Positions 9,923-20,625 of a stretch of DNA of 64,000 nucleotides are shown piece after piece; within the stretch, counting starts at the first letter, position 1, and each line of letters starts with the position of its first letter. Origin of the DNA: Hydrotalea sp. (GTDB lineage Bacteria; Bacteroidota; Bacteroidia; Chitinophagales; Chitinophagaceae). A program made the translations under genes and the position numbers. Where the stretch lies: assembly GCF_027347335.1 (NCBI RefSeq), contig NZ_DAIEQX010000066.1. One strand, 5' to 3'. Below the pieces are notes generated by a model that ran no database searches, was not told the DNA's origin, and worked only from the letters and a program-made list of their open reading frames with translations.

Positions 9923-11398
9923 TTACGATGCAACCTCATCTATTGCATCCTCATTGGTTTCTAAAATCATTTTCGATGCTCCGGCAGGCAATTCCTGTAC
10001 ATTTCGCAATTTTCGTTCAATGGCTCGGGTGCGCACCTCCGAGTTGTCAATTACATTTGTTGCTTCAATGAGTTTCTTTTTTGTTTTGGCCAATACATCA
10101 CCGAACTGCCCAAACTCTGTTTTTACGGCACCAAGTAAATCCCAAACTTCACTGCTGCGTTTTTCTATAGCCAAAGTTCTAAAACCCATTTGCAGGCTGT
10201 TCAGCAATGCGCTTAACGTAGTTGGGCCGGTAATGGTAATTTTATAATCTTTCTGCAGTTGCTCAAAAAGCCCGGGCACCCTTAACACTTCACCAAACAA
10301 ACTTTCATAAGGTAAAAACATAATGCCATATTCTGTGGTGTTGGGTGGGTCAATGTATTTTTCTTTGATGTCCTTCGCATTCTTTTTAATACCATTGATA
10401 AATGCCTTGCGGTATTCATCTATTTTTTCTGTATCGCCTTTATCATAAGCGTCCACCAGGGCCTCATAATCTTCTTTCGGAAATTTTGAGTCAATCGGCA
10501 ACCATAAAGTTTTTTCTAAATTATTTCCATGCGGCATCTTGATGGCAAATTCTACTACTGCACCACTTCCTGTTTTTGTTTTTACATTTTTTTCGTATTG
10601 TTCATTCGTTAATAAGTCTTCAATAATATTTTGTAATTGGTATTCGCCCAAAACACCCCTTGATTTTACATTGCTCATCACTTTTTTCAAATCACCCACA
10701 CTTACAGCCAGAGTTTGCATTTCGCCTAACCCTTTGTGTACTGCTTCTAATCTGTCACTTACCTGCTTAAATGATTCGCCCAGCCGTTTTTCTAAGGTTT
10801 CATTTAGTTTTTCATCCACCGTTTTGCGCATCTCTTCTAGTTTTTTTTCATTGCCTTCCTGCATGGTTTTTACCGATGTTTCTAAAGAAGATTTTAGTTC
10901 GGCCATTTTTTCGGTGTGGACAATATTTTGTATTTGTTGATTTTTTTCAAATGCAGCAAACTGTTCCTTCAATCGTTCTTTGTAATCTTTTAAAGCCTCA
11001 TTTAATTCCTGTTTAAACAGGTCTAAGTTTTCTTTCAGTTCTGTTCTGCTCTCTTTGTTATTGCTGTCAATACGCATTTGGAAGCTGGCTAATTTTTCTT
11101 CATTCGTTTTGGAAAGATGTGCCAACTGTTGTGTAAAAGCCTGTGTAAAGTTGTTGAGTTGCAGACCCATTTCCGTTCTTAAACCGGTTGCCGTTTCGGC
11201 ATTTTCTTTTCGATTAATCACAAACTCATCTTTCAAATTTTTTTCAGTGTCTTTTACATTGGAAAGAATATTGCCAAGAATGACTTTGATTTCGTTGAAC
11301 GCATCACCGCTACTATGCCTGCCAATTCTCCATGTTAGCAGCATATTAATGAGGAGGAGTAAGCCCAAAATAGCTACTGAAATGTATAGGATTATCAT
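9923..11398 (-). CDS. rmuC: DNA recombination protein RmuC
   Basis: 491 aa with an N-terminal TM segment, a long coiled-coil and a C-terminal RmuC nuclease-like domain (FAIKMP...LPIDSKFP...YGIMFLPYESL). Confidence 0.85.
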   Translation of the reverse strand: MIILYISVAILGLLLLINMLLTWRIGRHSSGDAFNEIKVILGNILSNVKDTEKNLKDEFVINRKENAETATGLRTEMGLQLNNFTQAFTQQLAHLSKTNEEKLASFQMRIDSNNKESRTELKENLDLFKQELNEALKDYKERLKEQFAAFEKNQQIQNIVHTEKMAELKSSLETSVKTMQEGNEKKLEEMRKTVDEKLNETLEKRLGESFKQVSDRLEAVHKGLGEMQTLAVSVGDLKKVMSNVKSRGVLGEYQLQNIIEDLLTNEQYEKNVKTKTGSGAVVEFAIKMPHGNNLEKTLWLPIDSKFPKEDYEALVDAYDKGDTEKIDEYRKAFINGIKKNAKDIKEKYIDPPNTTEYGIMFLPYESLFGEVLRVPGLFEQLQKDYKITITGPTTLSALLNSLQMGFRTLAIEKRSSEVWDLLGAVKTEFGQFGDVLAKTKKKLIEATNVIDNSEVRTRAIERKLRNVQELPAGASKMILETNEDAIDEVAS

Positions 11399-11648
11399 GA
11401 TGAATGTAATATTTATGTTGTGAAAGGAATATTTTTTTCTGAGCCCATTTTAAGGCAATAGGCCAAAATACGAAATAATAGCAATGCGGAAGCCGCTCAT
11501 TGCTGCAAAATACGAATTTTATATTTTAAAATACATCACGGCATAAAATACCTCAAAATAGCATGAATACGCATCCGCTCCGCTTGCCATACAGCAATTT
11601 TAGTTGACTGCAGTAATACATTATGCATTGCTTGTACATTTGCAGGTA

Positions 11649-12710
11649 ATGGGTATTGAAGCCATACATATTGAAACATTTTTATCATTAGCACAACAAC
11701 ATCCGGTATTTGATGTGCGTAGCCCTGCCGAGTTTGAACTTGCACATATACCCAATGCTTTTTCATTACCACTATTTAGCAATGAAGAGCGAGCAATTGT
11801 AGGCACCCATTACAAACAAATTAATAAACAACAAGCCATTAAAACGGCACTGCCATTTTTTGCACAGAAAATGGTACCCATGATTGAAACAGTTGAACAG
11901 ATTTTGAAAACAAACAAGCAACCGCCAACTGTTTTGGTGCATTGCTGGCGTGGCGGTATGCGCAGTGCCGGCGTAGCCTGGTTATTGAGTTTATACGGCT
12001 TTCAGGTATATACTTTACAAGGCGGATATAAAGTTTACCGACAATGGGTATTACAACAATTTGAAAAAAAGTATGTTTTAAATATTATTGGAGGATATAC
12101 AGGTAGTGGTAAAACAAAAATGCTGCAGCAATTGGCGCAGCAAAATTATCCGGTGATTGATTTGGAAGAAATAGCTATTCATAAAGGCTCTGCTTTTGGC
12201 GGTTTGGATACGCCTGTACAACCCACCCAGGAAATGTTTGAAAACCTTTTAGCTACTCAATTATACGCCAGGGCAACAACCTACAATAGTATTATTTGGC
12301 TGGAAGATGAAAGCCAACGTATTGGTAACATAAATATACCCATCCGATTTTTTGAACAAATGCGGCTGGCACCTGTTTATTTTTTCAACATTCCATTTGA
12401 AGAAAGGCTGAATGAAATAATGCATATTTATGGCAATGCACCAAAAGAGAAGATAGTGAATGCCATTATTCGCATTAAAAAAAGATTGGGTGGACTGGCT
12501 ACCAAAAATGCCATTAACTTTTTGCTGGAAGATAATATTAAAGAAAGTTTTACCATTTTATTACAGTATTACGATAAAGCCTACACCAAAGGTTTATATA
12601 ATCGGGTAAATGTGGAGCAGATAGTTATAAAAATAGAAGCACCAACCACCAATGCCAGCAACAATAGTCAGTTATTGCAAAGCCTGTTAAAAACAAGCCA
12701 TCATGAATGA
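11649..12710 (+). CDS. selU: tRNA 2-selenouridine(34) synthase
   Basis: Rhodanese domain (FDVRSPAEFELAHIPNAFSLPLF, HCWRGGMRSAGVAWLL) followed by a P-loop (GGYTGSGKT). ATG at 11649 fits the family N-terminus. The TGA stop overlaps the selD ATG. Confidence 0.85.
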   Translation: MGIEAIHIETFLSLAQQHPVFDVRSPAEFELAHIPNAFSLPLFSNEERAIVGTHYKQINKQQAIKTALPFFAQKMVPMIETVEQILKTNKQPPTVLVHCWRGGMRSAGVAWLLSLYGFQVYTLQGGYKVYRQWVLQQFEKKYVLNIIGGYTGSGKTKMLQQLAQQNYPVIDLEEIAIHKGSAFGGLDTPVQPTQEMFENLLATQLYARATTYNSIIWLEDESQRIGNINIPIRFFEQMRLAPVYFFNIPFEERLNEIMHIYGNAPKEKIVNAIIRIKKRLGGLATKNAINFLLEDNIKESFTILLQYYDKAYTKGLYNRVNVEQIVIKIEAPTTNASNNSQLLQSLLKTSHHE

Positions 12711-13758
12711 GACCATTTCAGTTAAATTAACCGCATTTTCACATGGGGCGGGTTGCGGTTGCAAAATAGCACCAAAGTTATTAGATCAGATTTTACAATC
12801 AAATACCGCTGCGCCAGACCATCAGCAATTATTGGTAGGCAACCATGAAAAAGATGATGCAGCAGCCTACGATTTGGGTAACGGTACCGCATTGATTAGC
12901 ACCACCGATTTTTTTATGCCCATTGTAGATGATGCATTTTCGTTTGGGAAAATTGCCGGTGCCAATGCCATTAGCGATGTATTTGCAATGGGTGGGAAAC
13001 CCTTACTGGCCATTGCCATTTTAGGATGGCCGGTTGATAAAATACCTGCCGCTGTTGCACAACAGGTTATTGAAGGCGCCAGAGCCATTTGCAAAGAAGC
13101 CGGTATTCCATTGGCCGGTGGCCACAGCATCGACAGTCCCGAACCTATTTTTGGTTTAGCCGTAAATGGATTGGTAGCCATTGAGCATTTGAAAAAAAAC
13201 AGTACCGCACAAAAAGGTGATCTTTTATTACTAACCAAACCATTGGGTATTGGATTATTGTCAACTGCCCAAAAAAGAAACCTATTAACGGAGCCGCATT
13301 TGCAGTTAATGATTCGGCAATTAACGCAATTAAATAAAATTGGTGCCAATTTAGGACCCATAGTAACTGTTCACGCCATGACAGATGTAACCGGTTTTGG
13401 TTTACTGGGGCATTTGGTTGAAATGTGTGAAGGAAGTAATCTTTCTGCCGAATTATTGTATCGTAAAGTACCGGTTTTAGAAGAAGCAAAAGGATATTTG
13501 GCGTTGAAAGCTATTCCGGGTGGCACGCAGCGTAACCACGATAGCTATGGCCATAAAATTCATTTTTCGGAAGAAGTGAATCAGGAAGAAGCCCCTGTTT
13601 TATTATGTGACCCACAAACCAATGGCGGGTTATTAATTGCTGTGGCTGAAGAAGGATTAGCAGAAGTTCAAGAATTATTAAAGAACCATCATTTATATGC
13701 AGAAGTAATTGGAACCATGACCGATAAACAAGAAAAGGCAGTTACTGTAATTGCCTAA
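12703..13758 (+). CDS. selD: Selenide, water dikinase (Cys-type)
   Basis: SHGAGCGCKIAPKLL active-site loop (Cys rather than Sec) and an AIR-synthase-like fold. It overlaps selU by 8 nt. Confidence 0.9.
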   Translation: MNETISVKLTAFSHGAGCGCKIAPKLLDQILQSNTAAPDHQQLLVGNHEKDDAAAYDLGNGTALISTTDFFMPIVDDAFSFGKIAGANAISDVFAMGGKPLLAIAILGWPVDKIPAAVAQQVIEGARAICKEAGIPLAGGHSIDSPEPIFGLAVNGLVAIEHLKKNSTAQKGDLLLLTKPLGIGLLSTAQKRNLLTEPHLQLMIRQLTQLNKIGANLGPIVTVHAMTDVTGFGLLGHLVEMCEGSNLSAELLYRKVPVLEEAKGYLALKAIPGGTQRNHDSYGHKIHFSEEVNQEEAPVLLCDPQTNGGLLIAVAEEGLAEVQELLKNHHLYAEVIGTMTDKQEKAVTVIA

Positions 13759-13828
13759 ATGCAATCAGTAAAGAGCAGTATAATAGAAGGCAAAACACAT
13801 AGCGGTATTGCCTTTCTGTTGGTTGCTT

Positions 13829-14902
13829 TTATAATTTTTCGTAGAGTTTTCTCAGCTTATCTCTCGTCATCATTTTTTCCCAGTCTTTACCCAATGCATT
13901 TTCCCACAAAGGTTTCATACCCATAGATACGTCCATCATGGTTTCAAACTGCGCATCGTTAATTCCCTTACAAATACCGGTTGGAATTTCAACTTTATTT
14001 TTTTCAACCATCTGCTTAAATTCGGCCACACCTTCGGGATAATATTCTTCCAAATGATTCATCACAATACAATTGCCAATACCGTGTTTGGTTCCCAATA
14101 AATAGCTTAATCCATAACTAACGGCATGTGCCACACCTACTTGCGAGTAGGCAATACTCATACCTCCGGCATAGGAGGCCATCATTAACTGGTTATCGCT
14201 TTCATCATCCCATACCTCTTTCTCTAAAAATACTTTTTGGCAAAGCTGCAGTGCCTTTTCGCCATAGCTTTTACTAAATTCATTTAAATAAGTACCCTGC
14301 AGGCTTTCAATGCAATGAATATAGCAATCCATTCCGGTATAAAAGCGTTGGTTTACCGGTGCATCTTTAATCAATTCAGGGTCTAATACAATTTGATCAA
14401 ATGGCGTAAAATCAGAGTTCATACCTAATTTACGGGCAGGGCCGGTAAGTACAGTAGTTCTGGATACTTCGGCACCTGTACCACTCAGCGTTGGAATACC
14501 TACTTTATACACACCGGGCAATTTCACTAAATCCCATCCCTGGTAATCGGCTGAAGAACCGGGATTGGTCATCATTAACGATACTGCCTTGGCTAAGTCC
14601 ATGGTACTGCCACCGCCAATACCAATTACGCCGCTAATGGTACCAAATTCATTTTTCAATTGTTGTGCCAACGCATCTACCTGTGTTGTTTTGGGTTCAT
14701 GGGTTACATCGGCAAAAATGATGGTGTCTTTTCCTCTTACAGGAATACGATTAACGAGTGGTTTACCTTCAAAAAAATGGTCAACCAAAAACACCATGGG
14801 AGCATCGCCTTTGCGTTGTGGGGCCAAAAATTCATCTAACTGATTAAAACTGCCGCGGCCATATACCACATAGCCAATCATTTTAAAATTTCTGAATTGC
14901 AT
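13829..14902 (-). CDS. Iron-containing (type III) alcohol dehydrogenase family protein
   Basis: 357 aa with GIGGGSTMDLAK, the glycine-rich NAD site and metal-binding His motifs (HAVSYGLS). The specific substrate is not assignable; a KdnB-like Kdo 8-oxidase is only a possibility. Confidence 0.75.
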   Translation of the reverse strand: MQFRNFKMIGYVVYGRGSFNQLDEFLAPQRKGDAPMVFLVDHFFEGKPLVNRIPVRGKDTIIFADVTHEPKTTQVDALAQQLKNEFGTISGVIGIGGGSTMDLAKAVSLMMTNPGSSADYQGWDLVKLPGVYKVGIPTLSGTGAEVSRTTVLTGPARKLGMNSDFTPFDQIVLDPELIKDAPVNQRFYTGMDCYIHCIESLQGTYLNEFSKSYGEKALQLCQKVFLEKEVWDDESDNQLMMASYAGGMSIAYSQVGVAHAVSYGLSYLLGTKHGIGNCIVMNHLEEYYPEGVAEFKQMVEKNKVEIPTGICKGINDAQFETMMDVSMGMKPLWENALGKDWEKMMTRDKLRKLYEKL

Positions 14903-14989
14903 ATTAAAACTACGTTACGGGGTTAAGCCGGTGCCATCGTTTGCAACCCGCAATCAGTACAAAGATATTACCTGCTGTTTAAAAAAAAT

Positions 14990-16477
14990 TTACCAAATAG
15001 ATTTCATGGGCCAAATGGTGATGCGTTTAAAAACAGCACCATCACCTGTACTAAAAATAGTAAGGCCATTATTTTCTTCACCTGGAAACACCTGAACCGT
15101 AAATACCTGCTCACCATTATTGACAAATACTTCTACAATACTTTTATCAAAAAACACCCGCCATTTCAATTCGTTATTTATTAACCGAACGGGTGCTGTA
15201 GAAAGTGCCCTTGCAGCAAAGGCCGCGCTAAAATAATCAGGTGTATTACTTCTGTCAACATTAACCTGTTTTGTAGCAGCATTGTAACTTAACGTCATTC
15301 CTAAACCGTTACCTACTGCTAATTGAATACCTGTTTCGCCGGTTGCGGCAGGTTGCATCACAAATTCGCCTTCCCAAACATTTCCTTTAAAGCCAAGCAA
15401 TTCAGTTGTTTTAGTTATTTTTTTGTTGGTATATGCCACTGGTTGTTTTCTAAGGCTTTGCAATGCAACAACCGGAGTTTGTATTAATTGCCAGGTATCA
15501 TTTATTTTTTTGAGTTGTAATGTACGGGGTAATGCTGCTGCACCTTTCCAGGGATAAGTGGGAATTTCATTGGCATAGTTCCAGTTATTGGCCCAGCCTA
15601 TGCTCACCGGCCGGCCTAATGGATTAAAATGGTAAGCAATAGCCGCATAATAATCGGTACCAAAATCGGGTTTCAAAATTTTTCCTTTGGGATTTTCATT
15701 AGTAAAATTTTTACCGTCAAAATCGCCTACAAAATATTGCATCCCTGCATTTTGCGAAGTAAGCAATACCCATTTGTAAGTACCCGGTTGTCCCATCACC
15801 GGCACTTTCATTAAATCAGGACATTCCCAAACCCCTGATGTATCGCCTGCCGGGCCAAACACGCTCAACTGCTTCCAGTCTCTTAAATTTTCTGAACCAT
15901 AAAATGCAATTTGACGGGTAATGGGATAAGATAAACTCATCACCCATTTCTTTTCGGGGGCATACCAAAATACATTCGGGTCTCTAAAATCTTTTTTGTT
16001 TTCATTCAACACGGGATTGGTATTGTATTTCTTCCATTGTACACCATTATCGGTACTATATGCTAAGTTTTGGGTTTGCAGCGTATCGGTACTGCCGGTA
16101 TAAATAGCCACTAATGGCGGATTCACTTTTGAGCCAAAACCACTGGTATTATTGATATCGGCTACGGCTGAACCGGAAAATATCATCATGCCTTTTTCTT
16201 CCTCTAAGGCAACGGGTAACGGCCTCCAATGAATTAAATCTTTACTCACCGCATGGCCCCATGACATGTGCCCCCAAACATTGGCATAAGGATTATATTG
16301 ATAAAATAAATGGTATTGTCCTTTGTAATATACCAATCCATTCGGGTCGTTCATCCAGTTACGTTCGGGTGTATAATGAAACTGCGGCCTGAAATTCTCA
16401 CCATACAATTTCAATTGGCTAAATACAGACCCATTCATTAGGAATAGCATTGAGATAATGAATAAATTTCTTTTCAT
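14990..16477 (-). CDS. Glycoside hydrolase family 32 (beta-fructofuranosidase/levanase-like), secreted
   Basis: WMNDPNGLVYYKGQYHLFYQYNP, FRDPNVFW and WECPDL catalytic motifs. The likely start is MKRNLFIISMLFLMNGSVFSQ (signal peptide) at 16477; the ORF is open to 16555. Confidence 0.9.
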   Translation of the reverse strand: MKRNLFIISMLFLMNGSVFSQLKLYGENFRPQFHYTPERNWMNDPNGLVYYKGQYHLFYQYNPYANVWGHMSWGHAVSKDLIHWRPLPVALEEEKGMMIFSGSAVADINNTSGFGSKVNPPLVAIYTGSTDTLQTQNLAYSTDNGVQWKKYNTNPVLNENKKDFRDPNVFWYAPEKKWVMSLSYPITRQIAFYGSENLRDWKQLSVFGPAGDTSGVWECPDLMKVPVMGQPGTYKWVLLTSQNAGMQYFVGDFDGKNFTNENPKGKILKPDFGTDYYAAIAYHFNPLGRPVSIGWANNWNYANEIPTYPWKGAAALPRTLQLKKINDTWQLIQTPVVALQSLRKQPVAYTNKKITKTTELLGFKGNVWEGEFVMQPAATGETGIQLAVGNGLGMTLSYNAATKQVNVDRSNTPDYFSAAFAARALSTAPVRLINNELKWRVFFDKSIVEVFVNNGEQVFTVQVFPGEENNGLTIFSTGDGAVFKRITIWPMKSIW

Positions 16478-16642
16478 GAACACCATATTAATGAGATAAA
16501 ACATTGTGAAATTTTGCATGATATAGCGGCATCTTAACAGGAATAGCATCAACAATAGCCAGTATAGAAAGTTCTGACAAAATTAATGTATAAAAACTGC
16601 GCAACAACACCGAAGCTTATATTAAATTTTATAAAAACGCAT

Positions 16643-16679
16643 AAAAAAAGCCTGCTCTGTAAATGGTAGAGGGCAGGCC
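16643..16679 (-). terminator. Rho-independent terminator after the DUF5684 gene
   Basis: Minus strand: GCCTGCCCTCT-loop-AGAGCAGGC followed by TTTTTTT. Confidence 0.6.
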
Positions 16680-16706
16680 GGGAAAATATTGACAGTGGAA
16701 GCTTAC

Positions 16707-17087
16707 TTAAGCCAGAGCAACAAAATTATTGCCAGCAGGGCCTTTATAGGTAGCATTGCCAAATGCCAGAATGGGATAAAAAATAAATGGTAATAGCAGT
16801 AAACCAATGGTAAAGCCTTCTTCTTTTCCAAAACTTTTAGACAGCAGGTTAACAGACCAAATGGCCAGTACGATGTTTACAAATGGAATAAGCAGCAGCA
16901 GCAACCACCACCAGGGTTTACCAATTACCCGCATTAATACAATGAAATTGTAAATGGGAATAATACATGCCCAGCCCGGTTGTCCGGCTTTTTCAAAAAT
17001 TTTCCATTGTGCAATGAGTACTAAAATAATAATAGCCAGATAGGTCAATGCAAAAGTGTCAAATAAGGCAAAGGGAAAATCGTTCAT
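16707..17087 (-). CDS. Small integral membrane protein (DUF5684-like)
   Basis: 126 aa, 3-4 TM segments, with a QPGWACIIPIYNFIVLMRVIGKPWWW signature. Confidence 0.6.
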   Translation of the reverse strand: MNDFPFALFDTFALTYLAIIILVLIAQWKIFEKAGQPGWACIIPIYNFIVLMRVIGKPWWWLLLLLIPFVNIVLAIWSVNLLSKSFGKEEGFTIGLLLLPFIFYPILAFGNATYKGPAGNNFVALA

Positions 17088-17188
17088 AAGTTGTTGTATT
17101 AAGTGTTATAACTTTTTGGGTTAATATTTTACCCGTTAAAATAAACAATCAAAACCACTTATGCAATAGTTGCAAAAAAAATTATTTA

Positions 17189-17923
17189 TTATTTTTCTTC
17201 TTTGCCCTGCAATAATTTACCGGCCTTTTCCAAATCGGCCGGTGTATCAATTTCTACCCCCATATATTCCGTTACTACCATTTTAATGGGTACACCATTT
17301 TCTAAATAACGCAAACATTCAATTTTTTCGGCAGCCTCCAGCGGTGTAACAGGCCAGTTTGTAAACTGTAATAGTGCCTGCTTTTTAAAGGCATACACGC
17401 CAATATGTTCGTAATATACCGGGTTCGTGGAAGTATCTCTTCTATAAGGTATGATACTTCGGCTAAAAAAAAGTGCATCATTGTTTTTATTCACAGCCAC
17501 TTTCACATAATTAGGGTCGGCAATCAATTTTTCATCTTCCAACACCTGCATTAACGAGGCCACTTGCACCTGTGTATCGCTAAACACCTGCAATAATTTT
17601 TGCAATGGTTCTTTTTGTACAAAAGGTTCATCGCCCTGTACATTTACAATAATATCTGCCTCTAATTGTTCAGCTGCTTCTGCTATCCGGTCGCTGCCAC
17701 TTTCATGATTTTTTTTACTCATGAGTGCTTTCCCGCCATGTTCGGTTATTTCATTAAAAATAACATTACTATCGGTTACTACCCAAACTTCATCAAATAA
17801 TCCGGTGGCAATTGTATTATTATAGGTATGGCGTATAACAGTTTTATTTCCCAACAATTGCATTAATTTTGCAGGGTATCGGGTAGCTGCATAACGGGCA
17901 GGGATTAGTGCAACAATTTTCAT
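17189..17923 (-). CDS. kdsB: 3-deoxy-manno-octulosonate cytidylyltransferase
   Basis: MKIVALIPARYAATRYPAKL, VNVQGDEPF and typical KdsB length (244 aa). Confidence 0.9.
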   Translation of the reverse strand: MKIVALIPARYAATRYPAKLMQLLGNKTVIRHTYNNTIATGLFDEVWVVTDSNVIFNEITEHGGKALMSKKNHESGSDRIAEAAEQLEADIIVNVQGDEPFVQKEPLQKLLQVFSDTQVQVASLMQVLEDEKLIADPNYVKVAVNKNNDALFFSRSIIPYRRDTSTNPVYYEHIGVYAFKKQALLQFTNWPVTPLEAAEKIECLRYLENGVPIKMVVTEYMGVEIDTPADLEKAGKLLQGKEEK

Positions 17924-17958
17924 GTTATTTTTTTTGCAAAGATGGCAGATTTAACGTA

Positions 17959-18798
17959 CTACTCCTTTCTTTTTTGAAAAGGGTATTTTAAGAGCTGTAT
18001 AAAATTTTCATCTGCGTGATTGGGGTAATATTTGTCTAAACCATATTTTATTTTAGATGGTGCCAACTGTTTAAAAGTGCCTAATAGCCTATCCCAAATA
18101 GAAAGTATAGCACCATAATTACTATCGGTATAAGGCTGTTGCCAATGGTGATGTACTTTATGCATATTGGGCGAAACCAAAATATAACTCATTCCTTTAT
18201 CTAACCAGGCGGGTAAATTCAGGTTGGCATGCGTAAATGCAGTATCGGCAACTAATATGGTTTGAAAAATCATAACAGCATACATGGGTGCGCCGCTGGC
18301 CAGAATACCGAGAAAGAAAAACAAACCCCGTAATACGCTTTCAACCGGGTGATGCCGCAAACCGGTGGTCACATCTACATTATTATCAGCATGATGAATG
18401 ATGTGAAAACGCCAGAGAAAAGCAATTTTATGTTGTGTAATATGCACCAGCCATCCGCCAAAAAAATCTAATGTCAAAAATGAGAGTACAATAGTGCTTA
18501 TTATACCGGCATGAAACAAATATACCAGTCCAAAACGATTGGCCGCACACCAGTCGCTTAATTCAATAATAACAATGGCCAAAGCAGTATGAATCAACAA
18601 ATGAATAAGGGTAAATAGCAGATTAACCCCGGCATGGTGAACTTTGTTTTTTTTGTAGTGCAGGGGAATGAGCGGTATAGCACCTTCCAATATCCAAAAA
18701 AACAATAAACCGGATACCAAAATTACCATCCTTTCAATGGGATGGTGCTCTAATGTTTGAAAATATTGAATGATGTTTTCTATCATACCGGCCAACAA
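17959..18798 (-). CDS. Sterol desaturase / fatty acid hydroxylase family membrane protein
   Basis: Multi-TM protein with histidine boxes (HKIAFLWRFHIIHH, HKVHHH). Confidence 0.75.
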   Translation of the reverse strand: MLAGMIENIIQYFQTLEHHPIERMVILVSGLLFFWILEGAIPLIPLHYKKNKVHHAGVNLLFTLIHLLIHTALAIVIIELSDWCAANRFGLVYLFHAGIISTIVLSFLTLDFFGGWLVHITQHKIAFLWRFHIIHHADNNVDVTTGLRHHPVESVLRGLFFFLGILASGAPMYAVMIFQTILVADTAFTHANLNLPAWLDKGMSYILVSPNMHKVHHHWQQPYTDSNYGAILSIWDRLLGTFKQLAPSKIKYGLDKYYPNHADENFIQLLKYPFQKRKE

Positions 18799-18883
18799 TT
18801 ATACCGAATGTACAAAAAATTGCCCTTGTATAAAAACAAACCCCGCTGTTGGCGGAACAGTATTATTGAAAGTTTTTGAGCCA

Positions 18884-19999
18884 TTAATTATTCAACATCA
18901 GTGGCATCACCAACATCACCAGCTCTTCATTTTTGGCCTGTTCAGACGGCTTAATAATACCTGCTTTGGTAGGGGTTGATAATTCTATTACCACTTCGGA
19001 TGTATCGGCAGCATTGAGCATTTCAATCATAAAACGGGCATTAAAGGCAATCTGCAATTCACCGCCATCAAACTGGCAGGCCAATCTTTCATTACCTTCA
19101 AAACTAAAATCAACATCCTGTGCAATTAAATGCAATTCATTACTGCTAATGGTAAGGGCTACCTGATTGGTGCTTTTGTTAGAAAACACACTTACACGGC
19201 GCAACGCATTTTGAAAATCGGCCTTATTTAAAATAAGTTTATAAGGATTATCAAGCGGTATTACTACTTTATAATCAGGGAAACGGGCGTCAATTAAACG
19301 GCAGGTCATTTGTATTTGCCCGTGGCTTACAAATAAATGACTGCTGTTATAACTCAGGCTAATTTTATCTTCATTATCAGGCAGCGCATTTTTCAATAAG
19401 TTCAATGGTTTTTTGGGAACAATAAATGAATCATTAGCTGAGGCTTTGGCATCGGTACGTTTGTATTTTACCAATCGGTGTGCATCGGTTGCCACAAACT
19501 GCACTGATTCAGTACTTAATTCAAAGAAAACCCCTGTCATAGCAGGTCTTAAATCGTCATTGCTTACGGCAAATAAAGTTTTATTAATAGCAGCAACTAA
19601 TGCACTACTGGTCATGTTAAATGCAGTTGCATCATCAGCTACCGGTTCTTTGGGAAAATTATCCGGATTTTCGCCCATTACTTTATACTTACCATTATCA
19701 CTGGTAATTTCAACTGCATAATTTTTATCAATATCGAATGTGAGGGGTTGATCGGCAACGTTTTTTAGGGTATCCATTAAAATTTTGGCAGGAATGCACA
19801 CTTTTCCATTGGTTTTACTTTCTACTTCCAATTGCACCCGCATCACAGTTTCCAAATCGGTAGCTACCACATGCAGCCTTTTTCCATCTATTTCAAACAA
19901 AAAATCTTCCAGTATGGGTAATACGGTATTGGCACTAATTACCCCGCTTATATGTTGCAATTGCTTTAACAGGGAGGAAGAGGATACAATAAACTTCAT
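18884..19999 (-). CDS. dnaN: DNA polymerase III subunit beta (sliding clamp)
   Basis: MKFIVSSSSLLKQLQHISGVI...LPILEDFLFE with a three-domain clamp pattern. The family-typical start is the internal ATG at 19999; the ORF is open to 20059. Confidence 0.9.
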   Translation of the reverse strand: MKFIVSSSSLLKQLQHISGVISANTVLPILEDFLFEIDGKRLHVVATDLETVMRVQLEVESKTNGKVCIPAKILMDTLKNVADQPLTFDIDKNYAVEITSDNGKYKVMGENPDNFPKEPVADDATAFNMTSSALVAAINKTLFAVSNDDLRPAMTGVFFELSTESVQFVATDAHRLVKYKRTDAKASANDSFIVPKKPLNLLKNALPDNEDKISLSYNSSHLFVSHGQIQMTCRLIDARFPDYKVVIPLDNPYKLILNKADFQNALRRVSVFSNKSTNQVALTISSNELHLIAQDVDFSFEGNERLACQFDGGELQIAFNARFMIEMLNAADTSEVVIELSTPTKAGIIKPSEQAKNEELVMLVMPLMLNN

Positions 20000-20142
20000 A
20001 TTTTTTTCAATTTTTGTACTGGCAACAAACCTACTGTAATTTGTTAATATTTCATACACAAATTATTCCCGATTAACAATATAATTGCCCCAATTCCCAT
20101 TTGAATGATTTAGTTTTGAACAGCAAAGCAGAATGATAAGGC

Positions 20143-20625
20143 ATGCAGCAGAAACTTACCCCGGAAAAGGCCCTCCAAAAAATAAAACATTATTGCGCCT
20201 ATCGCGAACGCAGCCATAATGAAGTAAAGCAAAAATTATATGGCTTTGGCCTGCACAAAACTGACGTTGAAAAAATCATCACCTATTTAATAGAAGAAAA
20301 TTATTTAAACGAAACCCGTTATGCTACTTTATTTGCCGGTGGGCATTTCAGGCAAAAAAAATGGGGGCGAAAAAAAATTGAATTTGAACTGAAACAGCAA
20401 AAAATCAGTACCTACAATATTAAAAAAGCCCTGGCAGTTATTGATGAAACTGAATACCTGCAAACCTTACAGCAATTGGCTTTAAAAAAGTGGAAGTGCC
20501 TTTGGGGCAACCACTATTTTACCAAAATGGCAAAAACACAAGCCTATTTACAACAAAAGGGATATGAATCAGGATTGATACATCAGCAAATACAATTGTT
20601 AAAAGAACTAATAAAAACAGCATGA
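20143..20625 (+). CDS. recX: Regulatory protein RecX
   Basis: 160 aa; KALQKIKHYCAYRERSHNEVKQKL and three-helix repeats typical of RecX. Confidence 0.8.
   Translation: MQQKLTPEKALQKIKHYCAYRERSHNEVKQKLYGFGLHKTDVEKIITYLIEENYLNETRYATLFAGGHFRQKKWGRKKIEFELKQQKISTYNIKKALAVIDETEYLQTLQQLALKKWKCLWGNHYFTKMAKTQAYLQQKGYESGLIHQQIQLLKELIKTA

Noticed and set aside
20000-20142. Possible oriC next to dnaN.
   Set aside because: The spacer between dnaN and recX is short and has no cluster of TTATCCACA-like DnaA boxes. dnaA is not adjacent. The isolated 8/9 box match at 50702 lies inside the thiS coding/stop region.
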